DNA from: a virus
Virus record (IMG/VR): IMGVR_UViG_3300024350_000006
Reading direction: 5' to 3' (one strand)
Length of the DNA stretch: 64,000 bases
Shown one piece after another: positions 58,418 through 64,000 of this stretch. Position numbers and translations under genes: made by a program. The notes beneath the pieces are model-generated. The model did no database searches, was not told where the DNA came from, and saw only the letters and a program-made list of their open reading frames with translations. How positions within the stretch are numbered: the stretch's first letter is position 1; every line of letters begins with the position of its first letter.

Positions 58418-58953
58418 TAATACCAAAGATGGTAAGGTTCAGGTTTAAATCTCATTGAGAATATAGCTCTAAGTTTATCCTGGTTATTTTCCACACTGTG
58501 TGGTATATCTACTCTAACTAGATGTGGTGTGGTAAGAGCAAGGCCAGCTAATTTAATTTTATTCTCACCGTCCATTTTGGCAATATTGTTACCGTAGGAT
58601 TGATGACTACGATATTCCACAATATCTACATTATCCCACCAGATCATTTCCGACTGATCGCAGTTTAGTAGTGGTAAGTTAAGACTAAAAATTCTGGAAA
58701 CTTCCGAATTTCCGTCTACGTGGATGTATAACCCATCTCTAGGTGGAGTTACAAAAAATCTTCCTACATCTAGTACAAGATTGTTTGCGTTAAAAAACTT
58801 TACTAGTTCTGGGCAATATTGTTCTATAAGATCGTGACTGGTAGCCTTGGTGTTTGTAGAATCGAAGTCTGTGATAGTCTTGTACATAAGATCTATCAGC
58901 TTAGGTTTAATAATTTGAAAGTCAGGAAGGTCTATGGCTTTGTAGGGAAGCAT
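58417..58953 (-). CDS. cupin / 2OG-Fe(II) oxygenase-like
   Basis: IHVD...LNLP...IPHSV.N...R...SMRF. Confidence 0.6.
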   Translation of the reverse strand: MLPYKAIDLPDFQIIKPKLIDLMYKTITDFDSTNTKATSHDLIEQYCPELVKFFNANNLVLDVGRFFVTPPRDGLYIHVDGNSEVSRIFSLNLPLLNCDQSEMIWWDNVDIVEYRSHQSYGNNIAKMDGENKIKLAGLALTTPHLVRVDIPHSVENNQDKLRAIFSMRFKPEPYHLWY

Positions 58954-58991
58954 AAAAATATTTATAGTGAGTTGTTATAGTAAAAGAAAAT

Positions 58992-59067
58992 GGGGGTGTA
59001 GCTCAGCTGGGAGAGCAGGACCTTTGCAAGGTCAAGGTAGCGGGTTCGAGTCCTGTCACCTCCACCA
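58992..59067 (+). tRNA. tRNA-Ala(UGC)
   Basis: G3:U70, CCA. Confidence 0.95.
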
Positions 59068-59083
59068 TTTTAAGGAGTGTATT

Positions 59084-59479
59084 ATGTGGATAGAAAATGT
59101 AGCCGCCATTGATGTCAAAAACGGGCATCATTTCGATGCTGGCCCCAATAGTATGTTGATACAAATAGCCGATCCTGCAGGCTGGTTTCCTACCCCCAAA
59201 CACTCTTTTAAAGAAGTCCATAGGTTTGAATTTCTAGATGCCGACGATCAAGATGGCTTCCCTGAAGAAACCAAGATATCTAGAACACAGGCACAGGATA
59301 TCACTTTGTTACTTAAACGTGCAGTGTCTGACAGAATGAATGTAGTAGTACATTGCACAGCAGGTCTCTGTCGTAGTGGTGCAGTTTGTGAAGTAGGTAT
59401 TGTTCTAGGACTAGCTGATACTGGAAAGTTTAGACTACCCAATGTGCGTGTCAAAAAGTTTTTGTTGGATGCCATTTAA
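59084..59479 (+). CDS. dual-specificity / tyrosine phosphatase-like protein
   Basis: HCTAGLCRSG (HCx5R); AAGGAG RBS. Confidence 0.85.
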   Translation: MWIENVAAIDVKNGHHFDAGPNSMLIQIADPAGWFPTPKHSFKEVHRFEFLDADDQDGFPEETKISRTQAQDITLLLKRAVSDRMNVVVHCTAGLCRSGAVCEVGIVLGLADTGKFRLPNVRVKKFLLDAI

Positions 59480-60154
59480 CCGTAGCCAATCCTCATAAAA
59501 CTTTATACTAGTATTGGTAAAGGGAAATCCTAAAGTTTCTAGCCAGTTGTTAAATTTTTGCGGGTTAATAAGGTCTAAATAATCTATAGTATAGTCTGAA
59601 TCTAAATTAAAACAAGCAGGCAATAATTCTTGTTCATCAAAACTTTTAAGATAGTATTGTTTAAGTTCTTCTAGAGTTAGATTTTCTAGATTAAATTTAT
59701 CCTGTGGTGTTATTTCTATACCTGAAGTCTTTAAAAGATGTATGTGATGATCCACAAGGTGTTCTAATAAAGCGGGATAACTTCCTTGTGTGTAGGTTAC
59801 TGCCAGAGTACAACATCTATCCTGGTACTTTGCTACTATAAAGTTATACTGTTCTAGAGAATTAGTTCCAAACATAAGATGTTTACCCTGCTTAAATGCA
59901 GTATTAATTATACTATCTAGATAATCTTGACTAGATTGCCAGTCAACATTACGGAAGTTTCTGTAATTGCCTTCAATTCTTGGTAAAAAGTTTGTAACGA
60001 TTTCTCCCAGGGCACGTATTTTTAAAAATTTGTCCTCTAGAATATAATCACATATATTATAAAATTGATCCGGTGCATTTTTAATAATTTGAGCTCCAGC
60101 TATTTCAAACATATTAAGTCTTTGTGTTTTGAATAGATAGATAAAATTTGACAT
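59435..60154 (-). CDS. hypothetical protein
   Basis: 239-aa ORF. Confidence 0.55.
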   Translation of the reverse strand: MSNFIYLFKTQRLNMFEIAGAQIIKNAPDQFYNICDYILEDKFLKIRALGEIVTNFLPRIEGNYRNFRNVDWQSSQDYLDSIINTAFKQGKHLMFGTNSLEQYNFIVAKYQDRCCTLAVTYTQGSYPALLEHLVDHHIHLLKTSGIEITPQDKFNLENLTLEELKQYYLKSFDEQELLPACFNLDSDYTIDYLDLINPQKFNNWLETLGFPFTNTSIKFYEDWLRLNGIQQKLFDTHIG

Positions 60155-60199
60155 CTTGATAGTTTAATAGTAAAATATTTATAATAAGAGACTTGTATA

Positions 60200-60832
60200 A
60201 TGAACAAAATACCAATCTGGCTGCATCAGCCCGCGAATATAGATCCTAATGCGTTAGCTGATATAAAACTAGAAATTTTAAATCTGTTCAATGAAACTAA
60301 GACAAGTAGGTTATTCAGCGAAAAAACAATGGGATACAGTACTAAAGATCTCTACAGTAAAGTAGAGCTACTGAAAAAATTGCCAAGTTTGACGAGAGAA
60401 TTGAATAGGTTAAAAATTTTAAAATACTTTGACGTGCTGTGTTTATTCTGGCTGAGACCAGAATATTCCGAATTACCAATACATATAGACGATCCTGAAT
60501 TTAATGTTAATGTAGCTCTTAATATACCCGTGCAAGGTTGCACAGGCAGTTACACAGTGTGGTACGATGCTGAAATAGATTTTAATGCTAAAATACCCGA
60601 CTATGCCACTGATGGTATCTATGATCCTGGCGGCAGAACAATCACAGGTACTGCAAAAGAAATAGCTAGAATTGACAGCGGAGTGCCCAGCTGGGTAAAT
60701 ATTGCTGTACCACACAGAGGTATGTATATAAGTGGTCAGGAAAGAATAAACGCTAGTTTAAGATTTACTTCTGAAATATATGATATTTTAGACAGTGAGT
60801 TTTTTAACCAGCAATTAGTTATGCGGGCGTAG
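60200..60832 (+). CDS. cupin / 2OG-Fe(II) oxygenase-like, similar to 58417..58953
   Basis: IHID...ALNIP...VPH.......R..ASLRF; stop inside tRNA-Gly. Confidence 0.6.
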   Translation: MNKIPIWLHQPANIDPNALADIKLEILNLFNETKTSRLFSEKTMGYSTKDLYSKVELLKKLPSLTRELNRLKILKYFDVLCLFWLRPEYSELPIHIDDPEFNVNVALNIPVQGCTGSYTVWYDAEIDFNAKIPDYATDGIYDPGGRTITGTAKEIARIDSGVPSWVNIAVPHRGMYISGQERINASLRFTSEIYDILDSEFFNQQLVMRA

Positions 60833-60898
60833 CTCAGTTGGTAGAGCACTTGCCTTCCAAGCAAGACGTCGAGAGTTCGAACCTCTTCGCCCGCTCCA
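60823..60898 (+). tRNA. tRNA-Gly(UCC)
   Basis: Canonical. Confidence 0.95.
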
Positions 60899-60917
60899 AG
60901 TTTCAAGGAGATAGTAA

Positions 60918-61100
60918 ATGAAACCTATTACATTTATTGTAGAACGTAGTAAAGAACGTGTGATATGTGAGAACACTCGCGATGTTCGTGTGATAGATGG
61001 CGTAGAATATCTCACTGTTCACAAAGAAAACAATCCTAGACCTTTCCTAATGCGGCGTGACAGTCTTAAAAAACTTGAACGCAAGTCAATCAATTTTTAA
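60918..61100 (+). CDS. small hypothetical protein
   Basis: AAGGAG RBS. Confidence 0.6.
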   Translation: MKPITFIVERSKERVICENTRDVRVIDGVEYLTVHKENNPRPFLMRRDSLKKLERKSINF

Positions 61101-61156
61101 TCAATGTTGCTAATATTGTAACTTTTTTATTGTTAAAAAAGCAACAAAAATTCTGG

Positions 61157-61185
61157 TTGACATTATCCCCCAAATAGGTTATAAT
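61157..61185 (+). promoter_or_regulatory. early sigma70 promoter
   Basis: TTGACA-17-TATAAT followed by AGCGGTATAGTAA. Confidence 0.9.
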
Positions 61186-61215
61186 AGCGGTATAGTAATT
61201 AACAAGGAGCGGGCG

Positions 61216-61497
61216 ATGGAAATCTTCGCATATATCGGAATGGTAGCAGTGGGTATGGGAATATTTGGTATTGCCTGCGTGTTATATAGTTTGATCCGCG
61301 CCCTGTTTCTAGCACACGATTTTATTATGTGGCAGTATGCTATGAGCAAAGAGAGCAATCCTGACCTTAAGTTTGAATTTAAACTGTACTTCCGTGGCAT
61401 TGCCAAGAACTGGATTGATATGATAGGATACACATCTGACAGCTTTACCTGCCGCATTGGGTCTAGCGAGTGGTCAGGTTGGAGATCCTGGCGATAA
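61216..61497 (+). CDS. small early membrane protein
   Basis: AAGGAG RBS, N-terminal TM. Confidence 0.6.
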   Translation: MEIFAYIGMVAVGMGIFGIACVLYSLIRALFLAHDFIMWQYAMSKESNPDLKFEFKLYFRGIAKNWIDMIGYTSDSFTCRIGSSEWSGWRSWR

Positions 61498-61653
61498 TGT
61501 GGATCTTACTTAATATTTTACTAATTGCTGGACAGCCCGACATCACAGTAGTTGCCAAAACTACCACAATGACGGAATGCATTAACCTACTGAAACAGCA
61601 GCCCAGAAACTCTGGCCATTATTGTGTCTATGCAAAGACAGGTGACAAAACAA

Positions 61654-61932
61654 ATGAGAAGTAAATTTTCAATATACGACATTGATAGAGACCGTAAAAT
61701 TATTTTTATTGAAGATGACAACGGCCCTGTCTCAGTTACAAATGATGCAGAAAATGTTCTTCGATCTGTGCGCAATGCAACAGGAGATAGCTATCGTGTA
61801 GTGTATAAAGACAGCACGGGTGAGTGGTGGGAAATTGTTGAGAATCGCACCACTTGGATGGGCACAGGCATTGGATTCGAACCTTGGAATGGGTTAGCCT
61901 GGGACATACTAAACACCGAGGAGCCGCAATGA
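61654..61932 (+). CDS. hypothetical protein
   Basis: SVTNDAENV...VVYKDS.G.W. Confidence 0.55.
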   Translation: MRSKFSIYDIDRDRKIIFIEDDNGPVSVTNDAENVLRSVRNATGDSYRVVYKDSTGEWWEIVENRTTWMGTGIGFEPWNGLAWDILNTEEPQ

Positions 61933-62126
61933 ACAAATTTGAACAATGGATGCTAAAGCGTATTATCAGACAAGAAGTGCGCCAGGGAGGCCATCCCGAA
62001 CGAATAGTTAAACTCTACGCAATGATACGTGAAGCCTGTGAGCAAGAGTTTTATGAAGACAATATACCAACATTAAATTATTCCCTCTGTGGATGGTTTG
62101 AAGATAGTTTAAGAAAATTAAAATAA
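61929..62126 (+). CDS. hypothetical protein
   Basis: GAGGAG RBS, coupled. Confidence 0.55.
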   Translation: MNKFEQWMLKRIIRQEVRQGGHPERIVKLYAMIREACEQEFYEDNIPTLNYSLCGWFEDSLRKLK

Positions 62127-62136
62127 GGAGAGCAAA

Positions 62137-62700
62137 ATGCCAGCAGTGTTTTTAGTAAGTGACACGCATTTTGGTCACGCTGGCGTTTGCCGCTTTATGC
62201 GGAACGATGGAGTAACCAAACTGCGCCCCTGGGACAACCCCGAGGAAATGGATGAGTTTATGGTCAAAGCCTGGAACGAACGAGTTAGGCCCAACGACAA
62301 AGTCTATCATCTTGGTGACGTTGTTATTAACCGTCGAGCACTTGCTACACTTGCACGCCTAAACGGTGACAAAGTCTTGATACGTGGTAACCACGATATC
62401 TTCCGTGATGACGAATATAGAAAGTACTTCCGTGAACTACGTGCGTACCACGTTATGAACGGAATGATACTGAGCCATATTCCCATCCACGAGGAAAGCC
62501 TGGGTCGTTTTGGTACCAACATACACGGTCATCTTCACGCAAACCGCGTAATGAAAGATGGTGTAGTTGATACTCGCTATCACTGTGTGTGCGTAGAACA
62601 AACAGACTTTCGTCCCATACTGTTTGAAGATGTCATCAAGCGTATCGAGGCTGAGGGTGGTTCAGTGGGTTTTAAAAATGGGAACGGTCCTATTATGTAA
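62137..62700 (+). CDS. calcineurin-like metallophosphoesterase
   Basis: SDTHFGH, HLGD, GNHD, HGHLH. Confidence 0.9.
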   Translation: MPAVFLVSDTHFGHAGVCRFMRNDGVTKLRPWDNPEEMDEFMVKAWNERVRPNDKVYHLGDVVINRRALATLARLNGDKVLIRGNHDIFRDDEYRKYFRELRAYHVMNGMILSHIPIHEESLGRFGTNIHGHLHANRVMKDGVVDTRYHCVCVEQTDFRPILFEDVIKRIEAEGGSVGFKNGNGPIM

Positions 62701-62727
62701 ATACTAGGACTGTTTTCCAGGATTTTT

Positions 62728-63288
62728 ATGAAAAAAGACGAAAATTTTGATGCTAGGCAACGTATTGAATTAAAGTTACTGGAAAATTCCACACATTATA
62801 TCTACGGTGAAATTAACTCAGAAAACATAGCTGAAGCAATAAAATGGATTCTTTATGAAAATTTGCAAGCCAAAGAACAAAAAACACTGACGTTATATAT
62901 TAACAGTATAGGGGGAGATCTTTATGATGCCTTCGCTCTAATAGATGTTATGAAGAACAGCCCACATACTATCAGGACCGTGGGCATTGGGTCAGTGATG
63001 TCATCAGCATTTCTAATTTTTTCTGCAGGAACAAAGGGGGAACGCTGGGCCAGTGCCAATGCAAGTTTTATGAGTCATCAGTATTCTGACAATCTCAGTG
63101 GCAAGCATCACGATCTCAAGGCCACGATGAAAGACGGAGAACTTATGAATCAGCGTATGATTGATCTGCTTAAAACAGTCACCGGGCTACCCGCAAGCAA
63201 GGTTAAATCTAAATTATTACCACCCACGGATGTTTATCTGACTGCACAGGAGATCATTGACCTTGGTGTAGCGGATCATTTAATATAA
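62728..63288 (+). CDS. ClpP-like protease subunit
   Basis: LYINSIGG, G..MSSA, FMSHQ, D.YLTA.E....G..D. Confidence 0.85.
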   Translation: MKKDENFDARQRIELKLLENSTHYIYGEINSENIAEAIKWILYENLQAKEQKTLTLYINSIGGDLYDAFALIDVMKNSPHTIRTVGIGSVMSSAFLIFSAGTKGERWASANASFMSHQYSDNLSGKHHDLKATMKDGELMNQRMIDLLKTVTGLPASKVKSKLLPPTDVYLTAQEIIDLGVADHLI

Positions 63289-63289
63289 T

Positions 63290-63365
63290 GCTGCTATAGC
63301 TCTAGTGGTAGAGCGCCGCCTTGGTAAGGCGGAGGTCACTGGTTCGAATCCAGTTAGCAGCACCA
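63290..63365 (+). tRNA. tRNA-Thr(GGU)
   Basis: Canonical. Confidence 0.95.
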
Positions 63366-63384
63366 AATAATTCAAGAGGCGTAA

Positions 63385-63858
63385 ATGGAAAGAAAACTTG
63401 ATATCGATGCAGTAAAAAAATTTATAGACCAACAAAGTGATAGTACCAAAATTTATATCGGTGCAGACAGTGCCAGATATAAAGTTGGTAATAAGTGGTA
63501 TGCTGATTATACACTGGCTGTGGTAGTGCATATTGATGGTTGTCACGGTTGTAAGATTTTTGGTGAAGTACAGACAGAAGTTGATTATGATCACAAAGCC
63601 AGCCGTCCCAGTATGCGTCTTATGAACGAAGTCTACAAGGTGGCAGAACTCTATCAGAAGTTGGTAGACGTAATTGGTGATCGTGAGGTACAAATACATC
63701 TTGACATTAATCCTGATGAGCGCCATAATAGCAGCATTGTGATACAACAGGCTGTGGGTTATATTCGTGGTGTGTGCAATGTGATACCAATGGTGAAGCC
63801 TCGTGCCTTCGCTGCTAGTTATGCAGCAGATAGGTTAAAAGAAGTCCTAGCAGCCTAG
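63385..63858 (+). CDS. RNase H-like (YkuK-type) protein
   Basis: IYIGADS, RLMNEV, IHLDIN, KP.AFAASYAAD. Confidence 0.8.
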   Translation: MERKLDIDAVKKFIDQQSDSTKIYIGADSARYKVGNKWYADYTLAVVVHIDGCHGCKIFGEVQTEVDYDHKASRPSMRLMNEVYKVAELYQKLVDVIGDREVQIHLDINPDERHNSSIVIQQAVGYIRGVCNVIPMVKPRAFAASYAADRLKEVLAA

Positions 63859-63864
63859 AAATAA

Positions 63865-63939
63865 ACTTCGGTGGCAGAATGGTTGATGCTCCCATCTCTA
63901 AAATGGGCTAAATGGGTTCGAATCCCATCCGAAGTACCA
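63865..63939 (+). tRNA. amber suppressor tRNA(CUA)
   Basis: ACTTCGG/CCGAAGT acceptor, CCCAT-CT-CTA-AA-ATGGG anticodon arm, T arm, ACCA. Confidence 0.9.
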
Positions 63940-63945
63940 TAATTT

Positions 63946-63972
63946 AACCGCCCCTAGGGGCGGTTTTTCTTT
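63946..63972 (+). terminator. intrinsic terminator
   Basis: AACCGCCCC-TA-GGGGCGGTT plus T-run. Confidence 0.85.
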
Positions 63973-64000
63973 GACTATTTTTTTAATAACCTGTAAACTA

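Noticed and set aside
39694-63747. Many ORF-track entries overlapping tRNAs or ncRNAs (e.g. 39694..39897, 41927..42217, 42604..42963, 47511..47897, 53605..53931, 54368..54601)
   Set aside because: Shadow frames of GC-rich structured RNA; no RBS or protein motifs.
1-64000. Window-wide TAG recoding (code 15) implied by the suppressor tRNA
   Set aside because: Conserved genes are intact in code 11, and read-through of the TAG stops I checked (terminase, SDR) hits another stop shortly without fusing genes.

Overview
A 64-kb segment of a large, AT-rich, T4-like (myovirus-type) bacteriophage genome, read in the standard genetic code. About 1-37 kb holds virion and replication genes: a tail-fibre-like gene, gp15/gp14/gp13-like neck proteins, dNMP kinase, tail sheath, tail tube, gp54- and gp4-like genes, probable internal head proteins, large terminase, gp32 SSB, UvsX and UvsY, interleaved with radical-SAM, 2OG-Fe(II) oxygenase and transferase genes. 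About 39.7-64 kb is a + strand tRNA island with 30 tRNA genes covering all 20 amino acids, including an amber-suppressor tRNA(CUA) and a long-variable-arm tRNA(UAU). It also holds a GOLLD-like giant RNA with an embedded tRNA-like domain, several unrecognised structured RNAs, and oxygenase/biosynthetic genes (TauD pair, ACP, B12 radical SAM, Rieske). Top finding: at 41400-41618 a sigma70 promoter drives an unannotated 40-codon leader ORF that uses all 20 amino acids (35 distinct codons). Its 3' end can pair with the 5' arm of an intrinsic terminator. This looks like a 'pan-tRNA' ribosome-mediated attenuator that would switch on phage tRNA genes when almost any tRNA is depleted. Second finding: seven 17-21 bp closing stems, most with a conserved sequence, bracket unrelated RNA cargoes among the tRNAs. 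All calls come from motif reading and manual folding; no database search was run.
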